From contig OX597820.1 of NCBI GenBank assembly GCA_951406725.2, positions 91,822,001 through 91,886,000 on the forward strand: 64,000 nt of DNA. Direction: 5' to 3'. The notes below the pieces were generated by a model that saw only the letters and a program-made list of their open reading frames with translations, made no database searches and was not told the origin of the DNA. The position numbers were made by a program, and so were the translations under genes. Within the stretch, counting starts at the first letter, position 1, and the number at the start of each line of letters is the position of its first letter. Positions 11,829-25,728 of the stretch are shown piece after piece. Origin of the DNA: Octopus vulgaris. Taxonomy: Eukaryota.

Positions 11829-13486
11829 TATTACTTTCTTCTCGTTATACGCAGAAGATATATCTTTAGACACTACTTCCTACTTATTAAATTTATTTCA
11901 TGTTACCCAACAGATAATTACTTTTGACACTGATTTATGCTTTCATATAATTCCCTACGTCAATTAGTATTCTTATTTGTTTAGTTCTGAAATCAGCTCT
12001 GACCTTGTAGATATATGGCCAAAGGCTTTTAAACTTTACCAAATCGTACTTTGTTTCAGAAGTAGTGTATCGAATATATCCTTCTCTTCATTTTTTGATG
12101 TTAGATTGCATGATATAAGAGATCATTTTACTATTATTTCTGACAGGCTGTAAGACGATGAAGTGACTTACTCAATTTGATTCGAAGTTGTTACACTGTC
12201 GAATATTGTGGTAAATATAAAATAAATAAGAGAAATTTCAGATACGTAAAAAGAACCAGCATATTACAATTTTGGATGAATAGCTGATTAACTAGGTAAA
12301 ATACATGAACACTACAAAATTTTTCTTCTATTTGTCACACATAGCTGTTGCATTTTCCTTCAGAAACAGCGTCTAATCTACGAAGTTCAAGGATGCCTTT
12401 AATGGATTCTTAGGTATAATTTCTAGAACAGAAAGATTACTAGGTAATACTGTTGTATTTATTATGTTCAACCCGGAAACGAACTGAGTGTTATTCTACA
12501 CTCTTCATAACATGTACAAACGCAAAGAAAAGTTTACTTGACATATATTAAGTACAGAAGAAACAGTTTTATTATAGAAGATGGGTGTTAATAGTGTAAT
12601 AAATGCAAGAGATACACATGTACAATTATAATAAAGGAAGAGAGGAGTGTCTACCATTTCATCTACTTCAACTAATTGGAATTTAATGCTTCGACTGTCA
12701 TTAACGTTTCTTAAGAGGGAAGGCAGTATACTTCCACATACAAATATACAACTCTTTACACTGATTTTATTTGTTATACACATTTACGCACAAACCCACC
12801 TACATTGTCAAGTATATTATCACTGATGCAAACTCAAATTCACACACTTGTAACGAAACAACACACACAGAAATTGTATTGTGCATATGTGTGTGTGTGC
12901 ATGCGTGTGTGTTTGTGTGCGTATGTGCGAGAGAGAGAGAGGAGGGAGAGAGAGAGAGATTGGCTGTGTACTCAAAGAAATGTTTTCTATTTAGAGTAAA
13001 AGAATTGAAAATAAAACTTTTTATAGTTGTCTTCTCTCTAGAAATTTCTAATTATACTCATCATTAGGGTCATGCGTACACATTTACGCAACAACTGTTA
13101 TATTCTCTTCTCTCCCCACATCTCTTTCTCTGTCCGCCTCTATCTATCTTCCTCTCTCTCTCTCTCTATCTATCTCTCTGTGCAATCGTGTGTAATTGCA
13201 TGTATTTATGATAGTATACGTGCTAAGCAGTATGTGCTGGCGCTCTCACAAATATGAAATGATCTGCATATTTACAAATACATGTGTCAGCTTATAAACA
13301 TGCAGTGTAATATGAATTATCTACCTCGTAATATTGTTACACTTTTAAGCAGAGTGTTTGTGAAGGGAACTAAAGTCAATGTAGAGAAAGGAATATTGGA
13401 TAAAAATATAAATTATCTTCATATATCTGACTATATTTACTTTATTTACATTCGACAGATATTTGTCCTCATCTTGTTTGTTGTTA

Positions 13487-13530
13487 AAACAACGTTTCGG
13501 CTGATAAACCCTCCAGCCTTCTTCAGGAAA
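13487..13530 (-). ncRNA. Minimal hammerhead motif in the PLE pLTR (5' strand of stem I deleted)
   Basis: CTGAAGA-aggctggagggtttatcagcc-GAAACGTT-g. Confidence 0.65.
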
Positions 13531-13601
13531 TTTACAACCTGGGTTCTCATTCCTGAGGTATTTTTCGATGTCTTTGTTATTATTACTATTATTATTGTTC
13601 A

Positions 13602-13672
13602 GGTCACTGCCTGGAATTAAACTCGGAATTTGGGGATTAGCAGCCCCTGCTCTTAATCACTACACCATATAC
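13602..13672 (-). other. tRNA-Ser-like Pol III module in the PLE 3' UTR
   Basis: Minus strand ggtatatggtgtagtgattaagagcaggggctgctaatccccaaattccgagtttaattccaggcagtgacc, about 35 nt downstream of the GIY-YIG stop. Confidence 0.7.
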
Positions 13673-13704
13673 CAATGAGCAATTATGGAGTGAATTTTAG
13701 AGCT

Positions 13705-14030
13705 TATAAATCTAATATTTTTCTATCCTTCCTTAATACTGGCTCCCATATGCTGCACTCGGTCTGCTTGGGAGGTTGTTGTGTCATAGCATGTGTGCTG
13801 CTTCTTTTAGTTTTCGTATTTTCCAGTGCTGTTTTCTGTCTATTATTTTCACTTCATCCCACAGAAGCAGGTGGTTTCCATTTTTCCATACATGATCAGC
13901 TATATCCGATTTATCGATATCTCCTCGTGTCACAGTTTTGCGAAGTTCGTCTACCCTTATTTGGAGGGTGCGGCATGTTTCTTCTTTGTATAACCTGCCA
14001 CAGTTGCATGGGATTGAGTACATTCAGTCT
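13705..14030 (-). pseudogene. PLE GIY-YIG endonuclease (frameshifted)
   Basis: YSIPCNCGRLYKEETCRTLQIRVDE...KSDIADHVWKNGNH...WKIRKLKEAAHM, then ...SRPS / IWEPVLRKDRKILDL* after a stop and frameshift. Confidence 0.85.
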
Positions 14031-14058
14031 TTGGGCATATTCTCTTCTATTGGTGGTT

Positions 14059-14716
14059 TTACTCGAAGGAAATTTTGCGAAATGCTATATTACTCTTGAA
14101 TACTATCCTGATGTCATATGGGCCGCATATCCTTTGTATTTTTTTGGAGAGGCCTCTCACATAGGGTAGACAGATTGTGGACAGTTTATTGGCCTCATCC
14201 TCTCTCTTCTTCAAAATTGCAGTGGATAGTATACTTTTGAGGTAGTTGTTGCTTAACAGATCATTATTTAGCTTGATCATTTCTTCATGGTGTGTATCAC
14301 GATCACTACTTATATTCTTTGCACGGTGTTTTAGGCACTGAACAATACCTCTCTTTACACTGTATGGATGGTGGGAATTGAAGTTGAGGTATCTCCCAGT
14401 AAATGTCGGCTTGCGGTATACGGATATTCTGAATCCATACATGGTGCGTGTTATTAATACGTCCAGGAATGCCAGCTGATTGTCTTTTTCCTTTCCTATT
14501 GTAGACTGTATGGATGGCTTTGTTGAGTTCACGTGATCTAACAACACTAGGACATCTTCCTGGTGGGGCCAGAGTATAAAGGTGTCATCAATATATCGAA
14601 GCCATAGTGTTGGTTTTAGTGATTTTGATCCTAAAGCCAAATACTTAAAGTATTCCATGTCGGCTATTACCGGTGATAATGGCGAACCCATATCTAAACT
14701 CTCCTCTTGTCGATAT
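14059..14716 (-). pseudogene. PLE reverse transcriptase, C-terminal half
   Basis: YRQEESLDMGSPLSPVIA, LWLRYIDDTFILW, LAFLDVLI, VYRKPTFTGRYLNFNSHHP and LPYVRGLS are PLE RT motifs. Confidence 0.9.
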
Positions 14717-16115
14717 ATATCCGTCGAATGTAAAAAAATATCCGTCAAATATAAATAATGTACATCATTCATCATCTCTTAGATATAGATTTGACTATAT
14801 TTGTTTTAAATTTATAATCTGAACTCGTCTTCATATTACATCACGCTTTTGTACTGCATCTTCGTTTATATATAGAGAGATATCGTTGCTTCTATGTTAC
14901 CTTTCAGTGTTGCGATAGGAATTGGATTGTAAATTTTTTCCCACTCTATAATGTCGCTGTATGTAAGTAACATTCGTATAATTTAAATAGAAATATAGTT
15001 TTCTTACCATAGTTACACTAATTATATTGCATATTATCGTTTTTGTATCGACTCCCTTTTACTGAACAGTAAATATTTGGTTAGGTTTTAGAACGTATCT
15101 CTTAAATATAAATGCTATTAACATACAAAATCTAGGAGAAACTGAAGCCTTGTTTTATTTATTCAATTTTTTTTCTACTTTTGCATGTGTTAGTACATTA
15201 CGTTTCAAATACATAATTTAAAAGGATTACTGCCTATATGTATAAAACACAATAGCATGAAGGTATTCATTGATAAATATCATATTATATTGCATTAAAC
15301 ACCCTGGGAAAGCAGCACAGCTGACATACGTTCACTGAACCGTCCCCTTCAATTATTAATTCTTCGAAATTCTACAAAATTAAACAGTAGTATTCAATCT
15401 ATGCTGCTCAAAAGTGAGCAAAAATAATACTGCTCAAAAATGTTATTTAGAATGAAATATATAAAAAAAAATTTTTGTATTTTCAGAAAAAAAATCATCT
15501 TCAGGAACACGGAAATTGTGCAAATTAATGACGTTTACGAATCACTTTCTATTATATTTGTAATTACGTAAATTGATTGAGTAACGGAACTTCTGGCATG
15601 TCAAAACAAGCACATAATTTATTGGCATGAAGTCAGTTGCTAGCACATCTAGCCTGAGTCCAATTGACATGATACTTTGCAATGCTTTTTGTTCCTACAT
15701 AGCTACTATCGTTACCGCATGTTCCCAGCGTTGTCTAAACTGTCAGATTCAAACAAATTATCTAGATCATCTTTATCCTCGCCCCCATATTTTTTCCAAC
15801 GCTGCCACTCTACTAGCAACTTTATCCGGCTTTGCCCTGCAGAAAGTCAGCATACTAATTCTATTTGTGCCCGTGTGTTTTACTTGCATTCCGTAAACGT
15901 ACGCTTATTCGTGTATTGCATTGCTTTCAAGTGATACTTACTATGTTACAGTAATATTACATGTCAAATTAAATAAAATAGAAGCAGAGACTCCCTTTCT
16001 TTTGCGCCATATAAACATATCCTTATCCATATGTAGCTTCGCCTGTTGACTTTACGTGGAATATTAGATGTTGATCCCGGGTACAATCTATGTACTTACG
16101 TACAAAAGAGGACTT

Positions 16116-16262
16116 GGGCGCCGTCTTGATAGTGTGGTTAAGAAGTTAGTTTCGTAAGTACAAGGCTTCATATTTGGTGTTGCACCTGCGGCAAGTGTCT
16201 CCTACTATAACCCCAGTTTGTCTTTTGTCTTCTGAATGATTTTGGTAAACGGAATCTGTGTA
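16116..16262 (+). mobile_element. Degenerate head of family-C SINE
   Basis: gtgtggttaagaagtt...gcaagtgtctcctactataacc...gattttggtaaacggaatctg matches the reverse complement of 55830-55987. Confidence 0.55.
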
Positions 16263-16291
16263 GAGTAGCATATATATATATATATATATAT

Positions 16292-16666
16292 GGAGGCGCA
16301 ATGGCCCAGTGGTTAGGGCAACGGACTCGCGGTCATAGGATCGCGGTTTCGATTCCCAGAGTGTTTGTGAGTGTTTATTGAGCGAAAACACTTAAAGCTC
16401 CACGAGGCTCCGGCAGGGGATTGTGGTGATCCCTGCTGCACTCTTTCACCACAACTTTCTCTCACTCTTACTTCCTGTTTCTGTTGTACCTGTATTTCAA
16501 AGGGCCGGCCTTGTCACTCTCTGTGTCACGCTGAATATCCCCGAGAACTACGTTAAGGGTACACGTGTCTGTGGAGTGCTCAGCTACTTACACGTTAATT
16601 TCACGAGCAGGCTGTTCCGCTGATTCGGATCAACCGGAACCCTCATCGTCGTAACCGACGGAGTGC

Positions 16667-16669
<3 letters not shown>
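16292..16669 (+). mobile_element. Full-length tRNA(Arg-like)-derived SINE (family B) inside (TA)n
   Basis: Head ggaggcgcaaTGGCCCAGTGGttagggcaacggactcgcggtc...GGTTTCGATTCcc (A and B boxes). A second copy is at 351-588. Confidence 0.85.
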
Positions 16670-16722
<53 letters not shown>

Positions 16723-18874
16723 TAGAAACGCCGAATGAGTTGGTGTTTCACAGAAAATAAAATGATGTATATCTCAAACGCAGAATAACTGAAAGCTGCT
16801 TAGAGAATTATAGTGCCTCGCAAATAGGTGAGTGTATGCACATGTGTGTGTAAAGGAAAGAGAGATTGTGTGTGCGTGTGTGTGTGTGTGTTCGAGTTTG
16901 TTGATTTGCTTTACCTCGCTGGAACTTAACTTTAACTTAGTTTTGCAAAAGTACAGACAGAATAAGTACAAACTTTACAAGAAATGTACCGTAGTCACTT
17001 GTTTCAATAACCCTTCAAAGCAGCACCCCAGATGAACGCAGTTCAGCAATTGTAACAAATAAAAGATAAATGACACCTCTTAAAATTTAGAAGTTTTTTT
17101 TATTTTTTTTTATTTTGGCTGGCTTTGTCTGTACTGACAAGTTTAGAACAATATAGTATGTGTATATTTATCGTACTACTTACTAAACACAGTTTCTCAA
17201 TTAAAATACATTGCCCTGGCGAATGGTAATGGTAGAGACAATAGAGTGATGAGTTGAATATCGAGTAAAATTTAAGTATATTTTTAGTATTTGCGTTTAA
17301 ATTGCACCGTATTTCGAGTATTAGAAAATAAGTGCCAGCCAGTAGGTTTAACCAACACTTTCTAAATTGACGCCCTGTAATGTTTGAGATACACCGCATT
17401 GAATATTGGTAATGAGGCAAGTAGTTAAACGAAAAAGTGGGTGAGTTTTGAATACTTGTTACAGGTTTTCATATTTTATGTTATGAATTAAAATTCTGCA
17501 TTGATTGGTTCGTGTTGAAAGCTAATATGCCAGCAACATACTGGTACCAATATATTAACCGCATTACCTCTATTAAAATGATTTAGCTTGCTCCTAATAA
17601 ACACCCTCCATGCAAAATCCAATCGATTGAATTTAAATTCGTGTTGGGTGTTCCATTAGAAACACCATCTAATTGTTAAAGAGACCAGTTGGTTTAATCA
17701 TCTCACAAATGCCAACCGAAGAACTTCCAAACTGATAATCAATCAAATCACTTTCAGTTGCCTCTTATGTATGAAAATACAACTTGCAAGTCCTTCTCTT
17801 ACAAAGTAATACTAAATAAGCAACGAACAGGCTCTCTACTTGGACACTTAATATAGTTTGAAATGGTAATGACGTCTCAAATGACAGCCTTTTGACACTA
17901 TACGTTGTTAAACGTGGTTCTTCGTGCACATTGCCTGACAAAGCATGGAATCATCACAGCTTCAGTTTCGTTTGGTCATAGGAACGCTTAAGTGGGTTCC
18001 AACGGTGGCCAAATAAGCAACAACAACAAATAAAACAAAAGAATATGGTGGCAATTTGAGCTCAGCATAACAGATCAGAACTTCATTAGTAAATAAAACA
18101 GTTCACACACCACAAAGAAGGCCAAAAAAAGAACTTTTCTTTGCCAAATTGCCACACCCAAATGTTAATGTACCTTCCAACATTCATGACACAAACTACT
18201 CTGACTATTTATATATACGCAATTACGGAAATACAAATATATACACACTCTCTTGAGCAGTATCAATATTGTTCAGTCACTTCGGAACAGATAGATTATT
18301 ATTACAAAACGTGAGAGACACCTGAATGTGTAAATGTTTGGTGAAACTACTAATGATTCTATCTCTCTTTCATTGACAAATAATGAAGTCTCTATATAGT
18401 TATAACGATCGTATATCGATGTGTTTGCGAATATTTTCGTCATGTTGTCTCTCTACAAACAAATGGCTATTCACCTCATTACATATATTTGTTACATTAC
18501 ACAAACATACGCATTTGTGTGTGTGTGTCTGTGTATGTGAGTGTGTGTGTGGTTGTTACAAAAAGTATTCTGCTTCTCTCACATCTAATGTCATTTTACC
18601 TTCCAAATAGAAGTCTTGTGAAAATAAAAACTGTCAATCCGATTTTGCATTAAAATTGATGACAGTCTAAAATAAGGTTTGTTTAAAGTTTAATGTATGT
18701 CAAAACTTTGAAATGTTGCATAAAAGAACATTTTCGATTCAACGAAAATAAGTCAACTGAACCAAAATTACTTATCCTAAGGTCTTTGGTGAATTTATAT
18801 TAGCATTATTATTAAAATTAGAATTACCTTATGGCATTTAATGTACGTTTTATATCTGATATACACATATATTC

Positions 18875-18939
<65 letters not shown>

Positions 18940-19475
18940 GAAAAGCAGAGAAACATATGGATAGTCAGGCAAATATAATTAAAGGATGATGTACAGAATG
19001 ACGTTTGCAATTGTTATTAGTTACTGGAATTTGTCTCCAGCAGAAATGAGAAAACAGGCCACATGGGGTAGTTATCAAATAAAAGAGAAATAAAGATAGA
19101 GCATAAAGAATAGAGAATAATTTCCCTCGTTAATTTACGTTATTAAACATAGTATCTACCTGTGTTTCGGTTTGAACAAAACTCGTCACCAGATTCCTTA
19201 TTACTGAAGACTTGCTACCAGTAGCTATGGTGTTCGTATCACTGGCTATTACATATGGAAAATAAAGTACGTATGCATATACATTTGCGCTTATAAATTC
19301 GTATACATCACGACGGTAAATTTTTATTGTATGTATATACAAGTATATATGTTTGTGTGTGTGTGTGTATACGCACACACACACACACACACATATATAT
19401 AGATATGTATATATACATATATATACATATATACAAATACATATATATATCTATGTCTGTGTATTTGTATATGTG

Positions 19476-19520
<45 letters not shown>

Positions 19521-19529
19521 GTGTGTGTA

Positions 19530-19565
<36 letters not shown>

Positions 19566-19577
19566 ATATATATGTAT

Positions 19578-19870
19578 GACCATACACTCCCAGGCACAAA
19601 TCTGGACAAGGATGTTTATGGAAGACCAGCAGTCGCCCATGCATACCGGCCTTCTCTCTCCACGCAACCAGTGTCATCCAAGGGAAAGGCAAAGGCCGAT
19701 AAAGCTTGTCACCTCTGATGTCGCAACTCATTTCTACAGCTGAGTGAACTGGAGCAACGCGAAGTAAAGTGTCTTACTCAAGAACACAACACGCAGCCCG
19801 GTCTGGGATTCGAACTCACAACCTCACTACCATAAGCTTGACGCTCTAACCACTGAGCCATGCCCCTTCA
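19578..19870 (-). mobile_element. tRNA-derived SINE (family D)
   Basis: Minus strand gaaggggcaTGGCTCAGTGGttagagcg...GAGTTCGAATCcc. The core gttcttgagtaagacactttacttcgcgttgctccagttcactcagctg is shared with 54413-54666, but the 3' tail differs. Confidence 0.85.
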
Positions 19871-19946
19871 CACACACACACATGTGTGTGTGTCTAAATA
19901 TATAGATATAAGTTTATATATATACACACACACATATTTATGTACA

Positions 19947-19978
<32 letters not shown>

Positions 19979-21619
19979 CTATGTGTATGTTTACAGACAC
20001 AAATGCATATATGTTCGCTATGTAAATATAATTTTTTTTGTGAGATGTGAGGTATTGGCCACGACATACAAGCAAATTTTCATCATTTTCAAAAAATACT
20101 TTTATGAGAATCAAATTTGTTAATATTCATATTTTTCCCTGTAGTTATATTACAGTATTTCGAACACAGAGTATAACTGTAAAAGCAAGTGTAGAGATAA
20201 ATTCTACATTTATTTAATAGCTCTTACACGTATTTCATTTAAAATTATGTTATATAAGGTAGCTTTAAAAACACTTTGCTTAATTAAATTGTCAAAGTTT
20301 TGGTCCAGAAACGGAAAAAAATGTTAAGAATGGTGATATAGTTTGCTTAAATTCCAACGAATTTTCTTTATCACAGTAAAGAGCGAAATGAGTAATTTTG
20401 TCCCCATAAAACAGTTACAAGTTTGAAACAGAACATATATTGTATCAGAATATGTTACAAATCTTTCCTAGATCGTATTACCTCTGTCTGACAGATAATG
20501 GATAGTTACCGTTTGTTTTCAAGGAAACTGGTCAAACTAGCATATTCGTATACACAGGAGCTCATACATATGGACGTACTGAAGTGTACTTCGAGCATTA
20601 TCATATACACATACCTATACTTATATATATACAAGTATTTACATATACAAACATACATCATGTATTTGTGTGTGTATATATATATATATATATATACGTA
20701 TATATACATTATGTATATATGTATACGTATATAAGTATGACTTTAAATACATGCAGTGATACACTCACACATACGTCCATCTGTATTAAGTGTATTTACA
20801 TAAATACGCAAATGCAAATATATAGACACACGCGTGCACACACAAGGGAGAACATGCATACACATATCAATATGTAATTATATTGTTTATTGAAACAAAA
20901 CAGCGTTCAGATTATGCTAAATAACTGAGAACTGAGACCCAGCTAAACACACAAAGTGTTATGCAAACATAAAATATAATGCCAATGCTTTGCCTACAAT
21001 CCATTGCACCATCAAACAAATTAATAATGAAAATGTAGCTGATTGAAAAATGCTAAACTTACATTCGATAGTGATACTAAATCTCATAAGCTTCAGAAAA
21101 AGCATTATAATAATTACTACTGCATAGAATAACCCGGAAATATGAAGACGACCACCGCAATTATAATTAGTAATGATAAAGTGAAAAATATATGTAGTAA
21201 CCAAAATTTTGTGTAATTTAACAAGCCAATAGAGATAAAAGCGCTGCTAAAAACTTTCCGTCTTACCTAAGAGTGAATCTAGATTCATCTCTAACACTGC
21301 TAATCATCAACATCGTCCAAAAATTGTAAGACTAATAAAGAGGAAGGCAAAAGAAGGATAGCTAATTCATATATCTTCCATGCGAAAACATCGTGTGTCA
21401 AAAGATCTGGTAATACATTGATAAACAAAAGCAACAGAACAGTATGTTACAAGTGTAAGGTGCTAAACAGGCAAACGAGGAACCAAATTCAGCTTCACCA
21501 GAAATTAGAAAACTAGAAAGCAGAATACTATTTGAGTAAAAACCATCTTTCTCAAAACCTATTGAGATTAAACTCTGAAAACAAATCGTGATATATAATT
21601 ACAATATTTCGATGTAATA

Positions 21620-22010
21620 AGGTGACATGCTTGGAAGAAACGTTAGCCCGCCCGGCGAAATGCTTAACAGTATTTCGTCTGCCACTACGTTCTGAGTTCA
21701 AATTCTGCCGAGGTCGACTTTGTCTTTCATCCTTTCGGGGTCGAGTAAATAAGAACCAGTTACGCACTGGGGTCGATATAATCGACTTAATCCGTTTGTC
21801 TGTCCTTGTTTGTCCTCTCTGTGTTTAGCCCCTTGTGGGTAGTAAAGAAATTGGCATTTCGTCTGTTTTTACCTTCTGAGTTCAAATTCCGCCGAGGTCG
21901 ACTTTGCCTTTCATACTTTCGGAGTCGATAAATCACATACCAGGGGCATACTAATCGAATGAATCGTTCCCTAAAGATATCGTGCCTTGTGCCTAGAGTA
22001 GAAAAGAATA
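21620..22010 (+). mobile_element. Tandem pair of family-A SINEs (full copy plus 5'-truncated copy)
   Basis: ttctgagttcaaattc(t/c)gccgaggtcgactttg occurs at about 21690 and 21875. Confidence 0.85.
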
Positions 22011-23799
22011 TTTCGTATTTATATAGAAACGTTTTCATATTCAACAACTTTTATTGAATATGATTATAGAAATTATTACACTGTCGCTAAAACTAAGGCA
22101 TACATAGTTAGTGGGAGCAATCTGCCAAGAACAAATATCTGTATTTATCGTAATTACCATTCTAAAAGAAACACGAAAACAAAATAGAATAAATCAATCC
22201 GATAATAGTTGCCATGCAGAGAATACAATAAACAATGTAAATAAAAGTAAAAGAAACGAACTTATTCCATTCTGTTCATAAAACTCCGACAATAGTAATG
22301 ACTAAATCTTGAACCAGAATGTTACCAAACACCAAGTTACCAAAAGCAGAAACAAGGAAAGTAACGGCATGCGAATATAATAGTAGCCGCTCGTATTCGA
22401 ACGAAATATTAATTCTAAGTCTGTTAGAACTAGTAAACATTATAATAAAATGAATAAAGCGGCATGGGTTACTTTTTAAACGGGATGAAGTCAGAAGGCA
22501 ACGGAAACAACAGGATGCAAATGGGCACCACGTAACAAGATATTGATGCAGCAGTGTTTTTTTTTTTTTTAACTACGAGCTCTGATATATCACATAAAAT
22601 ACTGTGTCTGCCCTTTAAAAAGCTTAATGGGTACAAAATATACATCTTCCCTTATGTACCATGGTATGAAAATGTCCCTACACTTCAGTATTTAAGTAAT
22701 TTAACACAGTTCTTATGTTCCTTTGTTGATACAATGTGTCCCAGATCCATTATATATTTAATACTTATTTACGTTTGTTACGCAATCGCTGGAGGTTTGA
22801 TTTTGTAATCTGTTTATAAGTTATTTCCTTACAAACCAGTTACTATTAATGAAATACGTGTAAGCGGCATCAAAGGAATACTAAATAAATAATATTCGTA
22901 ATGGTTTGTATATAATGAATATATGTGTATGAGAGAGTGCGTGTGTTTGTGTATGTTTGTGTTTGTATGTATCTTGCATCATTGCAAGTCTTCTCGAGAT
23001 TTATATTCTTCATCATTCTTACACTTGCTGTCAAGAATAATTAAGCCGATTATTGCTCATGAGGAAGCATCTAAGGAAACGTTCGACATTATTTTGAAAT
23101 CTATTATATATATAATATGAACAGTTTCGTGTTTTAATTACACTCATAAATTGAATTACAATTCATATTTACGGCAAAAGGTTGTTCAAAATTTAGTTTT
23201 TTTTTTTTCTAAACTAGCCCAGTATAAAATGTTCCTTACGATAATTGGTTGTTCAAATAATATGAAACAGCAAATCTAGTGTGTAGTAGATATAATTTCA
23301 ATTAGTAGAATGGTGTAATTATATCAAAGGTATGATGATGTATTTATCAATGTATCCCATTGTCTAGCATGTTAGATCCAGGTCAAACTCTCATTTCATT
23401 AAAATCCATAAAACAATAGGCTGTTGATCATACAAGACTGTAATAACGAGGACAGATCGTTTTGAGACATTAAGACTGATTTGAATTCCCGTACTTCATA
23501 CTAAATACGATGGATTCACTCACCATTTTCTACACTTGTGCTGCTGGTAATTTAAACCAAATATTTCACTTGTCTTCAAATTTATAACCTCATTCATCCA
23601 TAACGTCGATGTATATTTTGCTGAGAAATAGTCTATAACATTTGAGAAGATACTAGCAGTATAATTATGAATAATTATTTATGCGCATATGTGTGTGTGT
23701 GTCTGTGTCTCAGTTTGTATTTATGTATATGTATATATGTATATGCATATACTTATATACACATAAATGTGTCTATACATATATATATAATTATATGTT

Positions 23800-23901
<102 letters not shown>

Positions 23902-24902
23902 TGTATGTAAAAAAAATTTGTAAATTCTAAGATTTCAGCAAATCCTTCGTGTTGTAAAGAGCACCATTGCTTTCTTCAGCGGGAGGCTATTACTGCGAAC
24001 GGAAGCTGAATTTGTTTGCCGTAGTCTATTCATATATTCTACTTATAAAATAAATATGTCCACTATGTCAGTCTGTTGGATATGTATTTGGTCTATTCAG
24101 CAAGACGATTAATAAACTCTTCTTAGATGACATAGGAATATGCTGTATAGAAACTTTTACCATTTCAGAGTCGTTGTAGTTGTATTTTTATTGTTTCTTT
24201 CCACGTCCGTGGGCAGTCAAGGCAATTTAGTGAACAAGTATGAAGAACGCTTGCATTTACAAGTGGGGAAAAATGTACTCAAGTTCAATGTGTATATCTA
24301 TTTCAGAAGCTGGAGTTTACCATGTTATAACTCAGTAACTCCTTATCGATAATTCGCTTTCAAATGTGCTTTATACACTGCATGGCTAAACTATTAACTG
24401 ATTTTACTTTAGCACTGTCTGGCTTTGTGAATAAACACTAAAACATCACATCCTGTGAGTAACAAGTACTAAATTTTCCTTCTGTGCTATATTTGAGTTC
24501 AGTTTTATCCGTTTATTAAATTCACATGAGCATGAAACACCGAATATTTCACTTTTAAGGATTAATAATCTCGGTCACTTGAACTAAAATTAAACTACAT
24601 ACATTCTTGTATCTCTATCTACTATATATACATATATATAATCTTACTGGATTGCATTTTCTTATTTCTGTATCTTATATTTCCCGAGCAGATCATACCG
24701 AATATTTCTTCATATCTTTTTATAGGCAGTGGTCATTTCTCGGCTACGTATAAAAGTTTTGCTCATTTTCGATTAAAATACTCACTGGCATACTTACATA
24801 CATAGATACACACACACACACACAAACATATATGCTCATATATATGCACTCACATTTATATATACACATATATACATACACACTCGCATATATATATATA
24901 TG

Positions 24903-24933
<31 letters not shown>

Positions 24934-25728
24934 TTGTGTGTGTATGTGTGTGGTTGACGAGTGTATCTCTATATGTCAAAAGACAAAGGAACCTCTTAAT
25001 AAACAGAAATCGATAAATGGCTGGCTGAAATTATTTCCTGGTTGATATAACTGACAAATTATTTTAGGGCGGTGACTCTGCCTTGTACTCCGTCGAGTGG
25101 AACATGTAAAACAAGGAAACTGCAACATGTTTTATGTTAAATATGCTATGTTCATCTCATAATCTTTCTGTGTTTATGATCATACTCCTCATCTTCAGCA
25201 GCAGATATGTCGAAAGAATTACTTCAACATTCTAACGTACAATGTAGGAGCCTCCACGAATTTGGTAGACTTGCAAGAAAAAAGCACACTATTTCCATTA
25301 GTGTGCACACAAACATTATTTTAGAGAAAAAGTATGACAGTTGATGTAAGAAATTATAGAATATAACTGTAAAGGAGCAACCAGAATACTATGGTAGCAT
25401 TGTTGCTAAAAGAAATCGAGCCTATTTCTAAAATCGAGCCTATTTCTATATAACTTAATTTTAAATCTGAAATCCTTGTTTCTCCCTGTGTTGATTTAAT
25501 GGTACCTATTGAATACAAAAGTAAATATGATTATTATCAACCTCAAAATTATCTGATAAAATTTTAAAGAATCTTCTAAAGAGATTTTACTGCCTAGCTT
25601 CCAACTGGTTAGAGAGATGGCATTTACAGACACACGTTTCTGCAGTATCAAGGCGGCGTATAATGTAAGCACTTCCTTGTATAAAAATATTTTAATACGC
25701 ATTATGTCAAATTATCATGGCTAATATA

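Larger units (their letters stand above)
13439..14791 (-). mobile_element. 5'-truncated Poseidon/Penelope-type PLE with an inverted tail and an 11-bp TSD
   Basis: On the minus strand: RT, GIY-YIG, then the 3' UTR with tRNA-like head, (AAT)n and HHR. An inverted copy of the 3' tail sits at 14717-14791 on the + strand. The direct repeat tgactatattt occurs at 13428-13438 and 14792-14802. Confidence 0.9.

Noticed and set aside
12530-12625. FT*HILSTEETVLL..GVNSVINAR resembling a Tc1/maT ILFSDEAxF..GxVN motif
   Set aside because: Too degenerate, and no TIRs were found.
16890-17446. Repeat-free stretch ending in a GTGAGT donor-like site; a possible non-coding host exon
   Set aside because: No ORF, acceptor partner or transcript evidence. 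Such motifs occur by chance, and RNA-seq would be needed.
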